From an uncultured delta proteobacterium (GTDB lineage: Bacteria; Desulfobacterota; Binatia; UBA9968), in assembly GCA_963840855.1 (NCBI GenBank), contig CAWJBB010000021.1, positions 96,001 to 160,000 on the forward strand: a stretch of 64,000 nt of DNA. Direction: 5' to 3'. The position numbers and the translations under genes are program-made. Positions 1-10,014 of the stretch are shown piece by piece; within the stretch, counting starts at the first letter, position 1; the number at the start of each line of letters is the position of its first letter. The notes under the pieces are model-generated. The model had not been told where the DNA came from. It ran no database searches and saw only the letters and a program-made list of their open reading frames with translations.

Positions 1-801
1 GAGCACGAAGATATCGACACCGGCCAAAAATGCCGGCGTATCGGCGACGAACCCCAAGAATTTTACCTCCTCCGTAAGACCCAACCGCGCCGTCATCTCC
101 TCCAACCCTTTGCGCGCCGAACCCGCTCCGGCCAGTAGACAAACCGGCTTCACGCCGCGAACTTTCAGCTCAGCCACCGCTTCCAACAGAAACCGGTGCC
201 CTTTGCGCTCCTGTAAGACCGCTACCGCGCCGATGGTCAAAACCCGCTCCACGCCCGCATTATCACCGCCGGGGGCGAATCGAGCGACATCGATACCGCT
301 GCGAATGAGCCGAATCCTACTGGCCTCGACGCCGGCGTCCACGAGCAGTTCGACGATGGGCTGTGAGATCGCCACAACCCCATCGACGCAACGGTTGTAC
401 AGATAGCGGGTATGACAATTGTTTTTTTCCGGGTAATCCATGCGCCGGGTGACGAGGTATCTCGGCGCGCCCGGGCCGTGGGGAAACCAAGCCGACAGCG
501 CGTGGGCCCGTTTCGTATGCAGATGAACGATATCGTAGCCTTCACGGCGAATCAGGCGGCGCAGCCGCCAAACCGGCCGCAAATCAATGTCGTTGCGCGC
601 TACCAACGGCAGCGTTTTGATACCTAATCCTTGGCTACGCTCCCACAGTTTGCCGTTCGGATAAGTGAGCAGATCGTTGCGGTGGCCCTTGGCGGCGAGA
701 TAACTCAGAAGCCCAAGCACCTGCGCCTCCCCGCCGCCCCAATCGCGCTCAGGATCGATGTGCAGGATCTTAAGCAGGCGGTTATGGCCGCTTGCGCCCA
801 A
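1..801 (-). CDS. GT4-family glycosyltransferase (LPS core), 3'-truncated by window edge
   Basis: Not in ORF track. Manual translation gives LKILHIDPERDWGGGEAQVLG...ERKGHRFLLEA, typical of GT4. TTG start with GAGGA upstream, overlapping the end of the upstream GT2. Confidence 0.8.
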   Translation of the reverse strand, partial: MGASGHNRLLKILHIDPERDWGGGEAQVLGLLSYLAAKGHRNDLLTYPNGKLWERSQGLGIKTLPLVARNDIDLRPVWRLRRLIRREGYDIVHLHTKRAHALSAWFPHGPGAPRYLVTRRMDYPEKNNCHTRYLYNRCVDGVVAISQPIVELLVDAGVEASRIRLIRSGIDVARFAPGGDNAGVERVLTIGAVAVLQERKGHRFLLEAVAELKVRGVKPVCLLAGAGSARKGLEEMTARLGLTEEVKFLGFVADTPAFLAGVDIFVL

Positions 802-1576
802 CGTCGTCCTCGTCGTCCAGCTCTAGTTCCCAAAGCTTAGCATACTTGAGAAAAACATAAACCGCCGCCACCACCGCAACGTAAAAACCAGCGAAGCCTT
901 CCATGAAGCCGCGCTGCAAAATATAAGAGCGAATAAAGCGCGCGGGCGGGCGCAACAACGCATCGCTGAGACGCCAACGGCCTCCCTCCTTTTTAAGCTC
1001 GCGCGACGAGATCGAGGTAAACCGATTGATTCGGTGAACATGATCTTCGATGTCGCGGTAGGAATAATGATGCAGGCAATGTTTGAGGCGACGCACTTTG
1101 CCATCGACCAGAATTTTTTCATGCGGGTCCGAGCCGCCCCACGTCGCCCTTTCGCGCCGAAACAACCGGATATCGTAGTCAGGATACCAGCCGCCGCGCC
1201 ACCACCACCGGCCCAAGTAATTCACCAGCCGCGGCACCGCATACCCGGCGCAGGCGCCACCGTCGCTGGCCAACGCGTCTTGAATTTCATCGCGCAACTC
1301 CGGCGTCACGCGCTCATCCGAGTCAACGAGCAAGACCCAATCCATCGTCGCCTGGGAATGAGCGAAGGCCTTTTGATCGCGGTAACCGACCCATTCGCGC
1401 TGAATAAATTTGTCCGTGTACCCGCGGCAGATTTCCGCGGTTCGATCCGTACTGAAAGAATCGATGACGATGATTTCATCGCACCAGCGTAGACTTTTCA
1501 GGCAGTCTTCGATCTGCTCTTCCTCGTTAAAACAAACAACGATCGCGGAAATTCCGGGGCGAGGGTTGGTATTCAT
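782..1576 (-). CDS. GT2 beta-1,4-glucosyltransferase (WaaE/KdtX/LgtF-like)
   Basis: ISAIVVCFNEE, IDSFSTD, DWVLLVDSDERV and WYPDYDIRLF motifs. Start uncertain (1576 or 1591). Confidence 0.85.
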   Translation of the reverse strand: MNTNPRPGISAIVVCFNEEEQIEDCLKSLRWCDEIIVIDSFSTDRTAEICRGYTDKFIQREWVGYRDQKAFAHSQATMDWVLLVDSDERVTPELRDEIQDALASDGGACAGYAVPRLVNYLGRWWWRGGWYPDYDIRLFRRERATWGGSDPHEKILVDGKVRRLKHCLHHYSYRDIEDHVHRINRFTSISSRELKKEGGRWRLSDALLRPPARFIRSYILQRGFMEGFAGFYVAVVAAVYVFLKYAKLWELELDDEDDVGRKRP

Positions 1577-1591
1577 GCTGGCGGTGGACAT

Positions 1592-1652
1592 GTCAATAAA
1601 CGAAGCCACTTCGAAGGCGGGATTTTGACCTCGCCCTTGACCAAAGGGGATG
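1592..1652. repeat. 61-bp structured motif, copy 1
   Basis: Matches 14152-14212 at 55/61 positions by manual alignment; contains several hairpins. Confidence 0.9.
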
Positions 1653-1769
1653 AATCGGTGATGGTGAGCAGGCCGCCGCTTTCAAACTGCCTTTTAAATA
1701 GCGGTATCACACCAACACATGTTTTCCGGCAAACAGCTTTTCCCCGAATTTAGTCACACTATTAATTCA

Positions 1770-2663
1770 TCACCCCCATTTCATTTGATACAAGCGATAC
1801 TTGGGATAAAAAGGCCGCAGCCGGATAGCTTCCCTTAAAGCCTCTCGAGACTTGTCTCTCTCGCCCGTTTTCCATCGACCTTTTGCCAGCCGGTAATACC
1901 GGTACGCCAATCGCGCAGCGACGCGCCGCTTGCCCAGCAACTCTTCGGCCTCGCCGTTTTGATCGAGCAGCCTCTCAATGACGCGAATGTTTTCCAAGAG
2001 CCGGAGTTCCTGGTTGCCGCTAATATTACCCGAGTGCCTGCGGTAAGAAAAAACCACTTCGTCGAGATATGCAACCGGATACCGGGAAATAAGCCGAAAC
2101 GTCAAATCCAAATCCATCGAAATCCGCAAACTCTCGTCATGACCCCCAACATCGTTGTAGCAGCGTTTCGAGATCAGCGCGGCCTGCAATCGTACGATGC
2201 TCTTGTCGAAAAGGTCTTCCAGCCGAACCCCTTGCTCCGCCAACCGGCGCGACTTGGCCGCGGGTATGATAGTTTCCCGGTCATGCGCCGGGCCGCCCAA
2301 ATAGGAGCCGTTGGCAAAGACCATCCCCGATTCTGGATGCTTGTTGGCGTAGCCGTACAACGTTTCGAGGTGGTTTGGCAGGCACAGATCATCGGAGTCC
2401 TGAATCGAAATCCAACGGCCGCTTGCATTGCGCACGCCTAAATTGCGCGCCGCGGAAGGACCTCGGTTTTCCTGGTAAAGGTACCGGACGCGGGAGCCAT
2501 AAGGCGCCACGACCCGCCGAGTCTCGTCGGTCGAACCGTCGTCAACCACGATGAGTTCGAATTTCTGGAAACTCTGGCTGAGAACGCTATCTATTGTCTC
2601 GGCGAGATAATTAGCACGATTATAGGTAGCGATGACAACCGATACCGCTGGTGCACTAGACAC
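1770..2663 (-). CDS. GT2-family glycosyltransferase
   Basis: VSVVIATYNR, VVDDGSTD, GPSAARN and QDSDD motifs. Confidence 0.9.
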   Translation of the reverse strand: MSSAPAVSVVIATYNRANYLAETIDSVLSQSFQKFELIVVDDGSTDETRRVVAPYGSRVRYLYQENRGPSAARNLGVRNASGRWISIQDSDDLCLPNHLETLYGYANKHPESGMVFANGSYLGGPAHDRETIIPAAKSRRLAEQGVRLEDLFDKSIVRLQAALISKRCYNDVGGHDESLRISMDLDLTFRLISRYPVAYLDEVVFSYRRHSGNISGNQELRLLENIRVIERLLDQNGEAEELLGKRRVAARLAYRYYRLAKGRWKTGERDKSREALREAIRLRPFYPKYRLYQMKWG

Positions 2664-2680
2664 AGGTTAATTTCCTAGAC

Positions 2681-3586
2681 TCAAACCGTCGGGTTTGACT
2701 TGGGTCGCCGCTGAATTTTCCCCATCAAGTAGCCCCAAGATTTCATTATTCGGCCTTCGGTCTTGTAGGCCTTCTGCGTTAGCCTGAGCATCTTATAAAT
2801 GCAATAGCGAAAGCAATTGGCCAGCAAATCCGGCATCACCCGAAACAAGATCGAATCTTGCCGGTAGATACTTCGACTGACTCCCTTTTTATACTCCACG
2901 TCACGGTTGTACGCGCTACCGTAACGTCGAGGATCAAGTTCATGGTAAACAACCGCATGGGGCGTGTAGCCGATTTTAAATCCGGCGTTGCGAATTCGCA
3001 TCGAGTATTCGGTATCCTCACTGAAGCCCGCGACGCCTGGTCCGAGCCGCGGGTCAAAAAACCCGACCTTCTCGAAAACTTCGCGCTTGAACGACATATT
3101 GGTCCCGGTCAAGCCGCGAATCTCGCAGATATCGTCGCCATAATCGATGATAGGAATATTATATTCCCGCAACCGCTTTGGATCGGCGAGTTTGCCTTCG
3201 GAATCCACACCCGGCAAGACACGTCCCTGAAGTGCATCGAACGGCCCCCCACAGTAACCATCAAGATGTCGAACAACGAGTTCGGGGTCAACGACGACAT
3301 CGTCATCGAGAACGAGAAAAAAATCACCCTTTGTGGCGGCAAGTCCTCGGTTGAGAGCGCTAGCTTTGCCTTTACGTTGCTCCGTAAGTACCGTAAAACA
3401 AACGTTGCACGGTCGAGTGCCCGTCTCTGCTAGCAATGCCGCCGTCCCGTCCACCGAGCCATTGTCGATCACAATCACTTCCACCTGAGCCGCGTGAGGA
3501 ATTGCCATTCGACCGATGCTTGCCAAAAGCCGGCGCAGGCTTTCGCTTCGATTGCACGTGGGAATAACAAGGCTAAAAGTCACCAT
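2681..3586 (-). CDS. GT2-family glycosyltransferase
   Basis: FSLVIPTCNR, IDNGSVD, LDDD and GFSEDTE motifs; start placed at MVTFSLV. Confidence 0.85.
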   Translation of the reverse strand: MVTFSLVIPTCNRSESLRRLLASIGRMAIPHAAQVEVIVIDNGSVDGTAALLAETGTRPCNVCFTVLTEQRKGKASALNRGLAATKGDFFLVLDDDVVVDPELVVRHLDGYCGGPFDALQGRVLPGVDSEGKLADPKRLREYNIPIIDYGDDICEIRGLTGTNMSFKREVFEKVGFFDPRLGPGVAGFSEDTEYSMRIRNAGFKIGYTPHAVVYHELDPRRYGSAYNRDVEYKKGVSRSIYRQDSILFRVMPDLLANCFRYCIYKMLRLTQKAYKTEGRIMKSWGYLMGKIQRRPKSNPTV

Positions 3587-3912
3587 TTCAAACGCAGCGC
3601 CGATCAGAATAGAGATCGTCCGTTCACTCTTTTTCCGCCACCACAAGAAGGCCGGGCACAAAATCCAGATTTAGAAGCCTGAGCACCTCGCGATATCGCC
3701 AATACCGCAGCCTCATTTAGACCCGCCCGGCAAACAATAGGTGCTCACCGCCCGTTTTGATCCGAGTTCACCTCGTAGCACATGAGCTGCGAATCGTTTC
3801 GACAACAAGTCACCTCCGGGTGAAATAGGTTTCTTCCGCCCCGCGGCAATTGATGTTACAGAGGAATTTACACAGACAAATAGAACCGAAAAGTTATGCT
3901 TATTGGAAGAGA

Positions 3913-4041
3913 GCAGATGAGATACTAGTATTTGTCGATGGTGGTCGCCAGCACGGCGCCGCCATGTTCCCGATACCACGCTGGATAATCGGTGCCGCCG
4001 CCGAAGAAAGAGATTCGAAAGGGAGTTCTGCTAATAATCAC
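3913..4041 (-). pseudogene. hddA: Remnant of D-glycero-alpha-D-manno-heptose-7-phosphate kinase (GHMP kinase)
   Basis: [40 protein letters not shown], then in-frame TAG (3925-3927), YLIC, then similarity ends. Lies directly downstream of hddC. Confidence 0.88.
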
Positions 4042-4092
4042 TGCCTGATCATTCCGGCGCCTGACCTGAATTGTCTTTCGAATACGGATTCG

Positions 4093-4872
4093 TTATCTCG
4101 CTAGTCCCGCGAAAAAGGACCCGGCGCCGGCGAAGGCGTCAGGCGTACCAATATCCATAAATCGCGACTCGGTTTCAAACCCATACAGCCCGCGCCCTAC
4201 CCATCGCGGGAAAACTTCGCGTTCCAATGAAACAAATGTACCCCCCGGAATGCTGGCGATGAGATTTCGGGACATGAGATAAATCCCGGCGCTGACAAGC
4301 CCGGATCCCGCGGACGTACCCTTTTCGTGAAACGCCGTCACCACGCCATTTTCTGCCACCTGCACCTGGCCGAAGCGTTGCGCATCCTCGGCTTTAGTGA
4401 GCAGCAAACTCATCACCGCCTCATGACGCCAATGCCATTGCCAAAAACTCCCAAACTCCGCGTCGCAGTACGAGTCGCCGTTCATCACTAGCACGGGATC
4501 GGATCGAAACAAGGGCAGCGCCATCCTCAGGGCGCCGGCCGTGCCAAGGGGAAACGTTTCAACGGAGTAAGTGATCCCCAGTCCTCGGTACTGATCCCCC
4601 AACGTATCACGAACTTGATGACTTCGGTATCCAGTGCATAAAACAACCTCGCCGATGTTTACTGTGATGAGTTGATCCAGGAGATAGGTCAAAAACGGCC
4701 GTCCAGCAATCTCAGCCAGCACTTTCGGTCGATCTTGAACCACCGAACGAAGCCGAGTTCCCAAGCCTCCGGCGAGGATGACGGCGTTGAGTCCAGCGAG
4801 CCTCCTTGCCTGCCCCCCAACTCCCGATCCGGCGTTCAAACTTCCACCCGGCTTTGCATCACTGCGGCTCAA
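4093..4872 (-). CDS. hddC: Sugar-phosphate nucleotidyltransferase, probable heptose-1-phosphate guanylyltransferase
   Basis: ILAGGLGTRLRSVVQDRPKVLA, PLGTAGAL, MNGDS and FMDIGTP motifs; flanked by the hddA remnant and a Cj1427-like gene. Confidence 0.8.
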   Translation of the reverse strand: MSRSDAKPGGSLNAGSGVGGQARRLAGLNAVILAGGLGTRLRSVVQDRPKVLAEIAGRPFLTYLLDQLITVNIGEVVLCTGYRSHQVRDTLGDQYRGLGITYSVETFPLGTAGALRMALPLFRSDPVLVMNGDSYCDAEFGSFWQWHWRHEAVMSLLLTKAEDAQRFGQVQVAENGVVTAFHEKGTSAGSGLVSAGIYLMSRNLIASIPGGTFVSLEREVFPRWVGRGLYGFETESRFMDIGTPDAFAGAGSFFAGLAR

Positions 4873-5807
4873 GCGTTCTCAAACCTCCCGCGCCCCATCA
4901 TGCGGTAGCCTTTTAACAACTCCTGAATGCCAGACGCCAGGGATCGCTGCGCCTCGAATCCAGCCTCGCGTAACCTTTGATTGGAAACGATATAGTTGCG
5001 CTTATCGGGATCTGAACCGATTTGCGCATAATGGAGATAAAAGTTAGGGACGAATTCTTTGATTTTCAATGCCAACTCTTCTTTGGACAGATTGGCGGCG
5101 TCCAAACCCGCGTTATAAGCACGGCCAGCCATTTGCTTCGCATTCCCGATGCAATGAAAAAAACAATCGGCTACGTCCCGAATATGGATATAGTTGCGCT
5201 TGAAGTCCTTTTCAAAAATCACAAGATATCCATCCGTCGCCGCCGCATAAACGAAATGGTTAACCAAAAGATCGAGACGCATCCGCGGCGACATGCCGAA
5301 CACGGTCGCTAAGCGCAGGCTCACGACGTTTCGACTCTGCAGCAGCTCCGTTTCAGCTTGGGATTTTGTTTGCCCATAAAGCGAAATAGGCTTCAGAGGC
5401 GTCTCTTCAGTACAAAAAACGTCGCCCGATTGGGTTCCGTAACCGCTGTTTGTGGTTGGGTAGATAACTAGCTGGTCATAACTTCTCAATCTATTGACGA
5501 GACGAACGGCTTCCAGATTGACCGTCCGCGCCAACACTGGATCCCGATCGCATGCCGGCGCGCCGACCACCGCGGCAAGCGGCATGACGATGTCCGCTTG
5601 TTTAATTTCGCGCCGCATCAACTCCTCGTTGCGTGCATCTCCCCAGACAAACTCGAATTTTGGATTAGCGCAGAGATGAAACAAACCACGCTGTTGGTAC
5701 ATCAGGTTATCGACCGCCGTGACGGAAAAACCAGCGTCCAGAAGCCGTCCGCACAAGATTGAACCGATATAACCGGCGCCGCCCGTGATAAGAATATGTG
5801 GTTCCAT
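4869..5807 (-). CDS. NAD-dependent epimerase/dehydrogenase, Cj1427/WcaG-like GDP-heptose-modifying enzyme
   Basis: GGAGYIG, PLAAVVGAP, YPTTNSGYG, YGQTK, RLATVFGMSPRMRLDLLVN and DPDKRNY resemble the Campylobacter Cj1427 family as recalled. Confidence 0.75.
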   Translation of the reverse strand: MEPHILITGGAGYIGSILCGRLLDAGFSVTAVDNLMYQQRGLFHLCANPKFEFVWGDARNEELMRREIKQADIVMPLAAVVGAPACDRDPVLARTVNLEAVRLVNRLRSYDQLVIYPTTNSGYGTQSGDVFCTEETPLKPISLYGQTKSQAETELLQSRNVVSLRLATVFGMSPRMRLDLLVNHFVYAAATDGYLVIFEKDFKRNYIHIRDVADCFFHCIGNAKQMAGRAYNAGLDAANLSKEELALKIKEFVPNFYLHYAQIGSDPDKRNYIVSNQRLREAGFEAQRSLASGIQELLKGYRMMGRGRFENA

Positions 5808-5887
5808 GTTTCTACGTGATCAACCTTAAATGGCGTTCGATATTTGTTTTCCCAACCCTGTCGCCCATAGTTGGTCCCGCGGCCAGT

Positions 5888-6739
5888 TCAGAGTCCATGA
5901 TCGATACTCTTGATCTTGTCCAATCGAACGCTTTGTCTATGAATAGCCGCCGCCCAGCGTTTCTTTGTCCGGCGGTCGACGCCCTCTGATGACAGGTAGC
6001 TGGTCAAAAAATACCAACGCTCCGTTTGCTTGAGAAATTTTCCCAGGGTTCGGTTCAATTGCACGAGGTTCTTAATACGCCGGTTTCGGTTCAGGTGGAC
6101 GTCCCGGCGCACTCCTTCCAAATCTAGAAGAAAAACACCCTCCTCCAGAGCGCCGCTCTGCGGCGCAATTAGAATATTCGCGTCCTTAAGATCATTGTGA
6201 TAAACGTCATGATTGTGCATGCGAGAAAACAACCCGGCGAGATGCTGGAGAAACCCGCGCCGGCGCTGGGCGCCCTTGCGGGTCGGTAGGGTCGCTAACT
6301 TTTCCTTCCAGTAGGCGTCCGCGGTTTTTCCGTCCTTGATCTCTTCGCTTAGGTAGAAGCTTTTGAGCAGCATTCCGGCGGTTCGCTGTTCGATGGCGGC
6401 AACGGGACGCGCCGTCGCGATGCCGATGGCTGATAGAGCGGCCGCGCCGCGAAGTGATTTCTCTGCGCCGGAGCAAGCAAAAATAGACTGAAGACGGTAG
6501 CGGAGAGAAAAAGCGTTGTAACGCTTGATATAGACGACTATTTTTTTTCCACCCCATTCGAGGGGCGCGCGCCCGACTTTGATCTTCCGTTGGTCTTTAA
6601 TGATGACGCAATCTGAACGCTCAAACAGACGGTCAGGGTCTGCCATCAGATCAATCATCGATGGGCTGGCCAGGTCTCGCGCGAGCCACATGGATGAGTT
6701 TTCATGTCGCACTGAAACAAAATCAGGAAACTCTTTCAC
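5888..6739 (-). CDS. Lipopolysaccharide kinase (Kdo/WaaP/InaA family)
   Basis: YIKRY, catalytic loop HNDLKDANIL, LLDLEG. Confidence 0.85.
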   Translation of the reverse strand: MKEFPDFVSVRHENSSMWLARDLASPSMIDLMADPDRLFERSDCVIIKDQRKIKVGRAPLEWGGKKIVVYIKRYNAFSLRYRLQSIFACSGAEKSLRGAAALSAIGIATARPVAAIEQRTAGMLLKSFYLSEEIKDGKTADAYWKEKLATLPTRKGAQRRRGFLQHLAGLFSRMHNHDVYHNDLKDANILIAPQSGALEEGVFLLDLEGVRRDVHLNRNRRIKNLVQLNRTLGKFLKQTERWYFLTSYLSSEGVDRRTKKRWAAAIHRQSVRLDKIKSIDHGL

Positions 6740-7877
6740 TTTGTTTCACGGCGCGCACTTCCTTGAGCACGGCTTCAAGTTGATGAAAATGATTCCGCCA
6801 GGAATAATCCTCGCCCAAATTTCTCGCTTTCTTTCTGTAAGACGGCTCCTTCGACCACAGCAATTGGGCAGTGATCTTCTCCGCCAACTGGCTCGGATCA
6901 TCAGGATTATTTACGATTCCCTGCGCCAAGCTTTCCCGTAAAACTTCGGCCGCGCCGACGCCGCGGGTGACCACGACCGGCAGACCGCAAGCCAGTCCCT
7001 CCAGGACCACGTTGCCGAAAGCTTCTTGAATCGAAGGCAGAGCGACCACATCCGCTGCGCCGTAAAATTTTTCGACGGCTTCCTGCCGCCCGGTAAATAT
7101 AATGCGCTTCCCGGCCGAAGCCTTGGCGCGCGCACGGTACTGGTCAATTCTCGCGTCTTCGCCCACCACTAAAAGGTAGGCGTCTCGCAAACTAGGCGAG
7201 TCCCAGATGGCGAGCAAACGGTCGAGCCCTTTGCGGCGAAAGCCGCTGCCAACAAAAGCCACCAGCGGCGCATGGCCGGGTATGCTCCACTCTTGGCGAA
7301 TCCGGCAGCGCCATTTCTCCCGCAATGAAAGATGAAAACGATCCAGATCCACGCCGTTATAGAGCACGGCGATGCGGTCCGCAGGCGCGCCGTAATGGTT
7401 AATGATGTCGCGCTTCACTTCCTGCGACACGGCGATGATCTGGCTATAACGTCCCGTGGAATACTGCCTATTTTCCAGCGCCAATAGGCTCCGATGGTAA
7501 ACACTCAACCGCTGCCAAAGTCGCCGCAGCGCTCCACCCTCTGCGCCGAGCCGCTCGAGAAACCCCCGGTGCGTACCGCCGCCGCTGCGCACGACATCCT
7601 GGGTTACCATGCGACCGAAACCGACGACGATGTCGCACCGATGCCTACGGACAGTTTCGGGTCCCCATGTGGCTAGACTCCACAGTCGGGCCGTGCGGCC
7701 CAGTGGCAGGACGGGAATGCGATGGGAAAATGTCTCCAGGGGTGCTTCGACTCCGTACTCCGCGCAAAAAAGATGCACTTCGTGGCCGAGGTCCCGCAAT
7801 CCTTCCGCCGTCCGATATAAATCTCTCTCGGTGCCGCCCTTTAGATCAAGACGTTTGTGGGCAAGGGCGATTTTCAT
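6723..7877 (-). CDS. GT4 glycosyltransferase, WaaG-like
   Basis: KGGTER, FVGSGFRRKGL and EAFGNVVLEGLACGLPVV motifs. Confidence 0.85.
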   Translation of the reverse strand: MKIALAHKRLDLKGGTERDLYRTAEGLRDLGHEVHLFCAEYGVEAPLETFSHRIPVLPLGRTARLWSLATWGPETVRRHRCDIVVGFGRMVTQDVVRSGGGTHRGFLERLGAEGGALRRLWQRLSVYHRSLLALENRQYSTGRYSQIIAVSQEVKRDIINHYGAPADRIAVLYNGVDLDRFHLSLREKWRCRIRQEWSIPGHAPLVAFVGSGFRRKGLDRLLAIWDSPSLRDAYLLVVGEDARIDQYRARAKASAGKRIIFTGRQEAVEKFYGAADVVALPSIQEAFGNVVLEGLACGLPVVVTRGVGAAEVLRESLAQGIVNNPDDPSQLAEKITAQLLWSKEPSYRKKARNLGEDYSWRNHFHQLEAVLKEVRAVKQSERVS

Positions 7878-8100
7878 TCCCGGCGCGTCTTCCTGGCTTT
7901 GACGACGATATTGTCAGATAGCAGAAGCGGCGCGCTAAACAGCCATCGCAAGATTTGCCAATTATATCGCCGTTGGACCGGATCTTTCTCGGCGCGGATG
8001 ACGGCTTTCAGACTAAAAACCCACATCAGCGTATAGAATAAAATCGCGAAAAAACCGGCGTAAACTTGATCCGAGTCTTGTCCAGTTTCTGCGCCATGAT
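7874..8100 (-). pseudogene. Possible orphan 3' gene fragment
   Basis: Open frame ending LLSDNIVVKARKTRRE*, stop overlapping the next ATG (ATGA); no convincing start of its own. Confidence 0.35.
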
Positions 8101-8105
8101 AACGC

Positions 8106-8987
8106 TCACTGTCCCGGAGTATCCCAGCGCATAAGCCGGCGAAAACTTCCAGAGGCATCGACGGCATCGCACTCTCTGCGCCGCTGCCGGGTTTTTTGCT
8201 CCAGCCACTGAACCAATTTACGGTCCCGGCGCGCGAGCTTTTTGCGCCTCGTATAGGCGTGAAAAAATCGCATGCGGTCCTGGAGCGAAATGCCGGCAAG
8301 CGGAAACCGATTGAGTTGAACCAGATTGCGCCGCCACAGCCGGTGCGGCAACCAGGTTGGATAGCGGCGCGTGCGGTCGTTGTCCATAAAACAGAAACCC
8401 ATGGTTCCGTCCGTTGTCGACGCAACAAAAATATTGCCTGGCACGAGGTCGCCGTGGACAAAACCGAGATCATGGAGCCTTCTGATTTCCATTGCCAATT
8501 GCGCTAGAGCCTGGCGCTTTTGGCGCAATGAAATTCCCGATGCCTGTTTCTCCCAATGATCGCGCAAGAAAAACGGCAAAGGGCAGCCATTCACCGGCAA
8601 CGTGACCACGAAGGAGCGGCGCAGCAGGTTTGCATATCGCTCCTCCCCCGCGCCGATCGCGATGGGGGAGTTGAAACCCAAGCCGGCGAAACTCTCCGTC
8701 AGCACTAGCGAGCGCACGGCCTTGGAGCGGCGGAAAAAATCCTTGAGCGATCCCAAAGCGGAAGCTCCGTAAAATGCCTTGAGAAACAGCGGCTGCGCTG
8801 CTCCCGCCAGGCGAATTTCCACGGTGCGGGGATGGCGGCCCGGACGTTCTGCCGCCAGACGGTCGCGCAACTCGTCCCAGAGCTTTTGATTCCAAAGATC
8901 GCTGCGAAACCACAGGCGCCAGGCGCCATCTCGTTCGCTAATATACTGAGACACGGACTTCTGGACGAACATCGCGCGCCGTCTCAT
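8106..8987 (-). CDS. Lipopolysaccharide kinase (Kdo/WaaP/InaA family)
   Basis: LFLKAF, HGDLVPGNIF, FMDND and RNLVQLNR motifs. Confidence 0.85.
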   Translation of the reverse strand: MRRRAMFVQKSVSQYISERDGAWRLWFRSDLWNQKLWDELRDRLAAERPGRHPRTVEIRLAGAAQPLFLKAFYGASALGSLKDFFRRSKAVRSLVLTESFAGLGFNSPIAIGAGEERYANLLRRSFVVTLPVNGCPLPFFLRDHWEKQASGISLRQKRQALAQLAMEIRRLHDLGFVHGDLVPGNIFVASTTDGTMGFCFMDNDRTRRYPTWLPHRLWRRNLVQLNRFPLAGISLQDRMRFFHAYTRRKKLARRDRKLVQWLEQKTRQRRRECDAVDASGSFRRLMRWDTPGQ

Positions 8988-10014
8988 GGCGCGCTAATGC
9001 TTTGTCGATCATTGCCAAAATGGCACCGACATCTATGGACTGCATGCAAATCCGGCCAATGGAACAGGTCTTACGATAACAGGGCGAACAGTCGGCCTTG
9101 CCGCGAATGACCAGATCATCGAATCCGTAAGGTCCTGTGCGCACCGGGTCTGTCGCGCCCCAGAGCGATACCACGGGCGTGCCCACGGCGGCGGCGATAT
9201 GCATCAGGCCGGTATCCGGGCCGAGACAAAAACGCGCCCGCGCTATGATCGCGACGGCGTCGCGGAGCGATGTCCGGCCGACCAAATTGATGACTTTACC
9301 TTGCCCCATCGTCTCGGCTTCGTTGCCGAGCGCTTGGTCGGCGGGGGCGCCGAGAAATACGACGTCAAAGCCATATCGCCGGCGGATCTCGGCGGCCGCG
9401 GCCGCGATTTGCGATGCGAACCACCGTTTACTTTCCCAGCGGCTGCCGATGAACAAAACTCCGAAGTCTCGCCGCGTTGCGCCGAGAAGCCTTTCAGCCT
9501 TCCCATAGTCCTCCGCCGTCAATCCCAAGTTCCATTCGATGGGTCTTGGATCGATGCCTAAATACTCGGCGAATTTCGTGTAATGCAGTATTTTCGGCGT
9601 GTCATCGCCGGCCGCGGAGATGTAGCGATTATTGAATAGCCAGTTGAACTCCTTGGCGTCCGACCAGTGAAATCCCAACCGGTAGGGCGCGCCGGACCAG
9701 CGGCTGATCAAACCGCTTTTCAAATGACGCTGCATGTCGAGAACCAGATCGAAACGCCGCGCCCGGATGGCCTTCAGGAACCGGAAGAACGCTGTCACGC
9801 CGCGCGGCCTGTCGAATACGATGATTTCATCCACAGCGCGACAAAGCTCGACCAGCGGCAGCGACGCCGGCTCCACGGACCAAGCGAGGGTTGCGTTAGG
9901 AAAGCGACGGCGCAATAAACCCGCCAGCGGCAAAGCACGGGTCACATCACCGATGGAGCCGTGCAGCAGAATGAGAATTTTCTTCGGCTCAATTGCCAGT
10001 GGCGCTGGTGTCAT
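8938..10014 (-). CDS. GT9 heptosyltransferase (WaaC/WaaF family)
   Basis: GSIGDV, DTGLMHIAAAVG and SLWGATDP motifs. Confidence 0.88.
   Translation of the reverse strand: MTPAPLAIEPKKILILLHGSIGDVTRALPLAGLLRRRFPNATLAWSVEPASLPLVELCRAVDEIIVFDRPRGVTAFFRFLKAIRARRFDLVLDMQRHLKSGLISRWSGAPYRLGFHWSDAKEFNWLFNNRYISAAGDDTPKILHYTKFAEYLGIDPRPIEWNLGLTAEDYGKAERLLGATRRDFGVLFIGSRWESKRWFASQIAAAAAEIRRRYGFDVVFLGAPADQALGNEAETMGQGKVINLVGRTSLRDAVAIIARARFCLGPDTGLMHIAAAVGTPVVSLWGATDPVRTGPYGFDDLVIRGKADCSPCYRKTCSIGRICMQSIDVGAILAMIDKALARHETARDVRPEVRVSVY

Noticed and set aside
3925-3927. Stop-codon recoding (pyrrolysine) in hddA
   Set aside because: Similarity ends a few codons later and another stop follows, so readthrough would not give a full protein.
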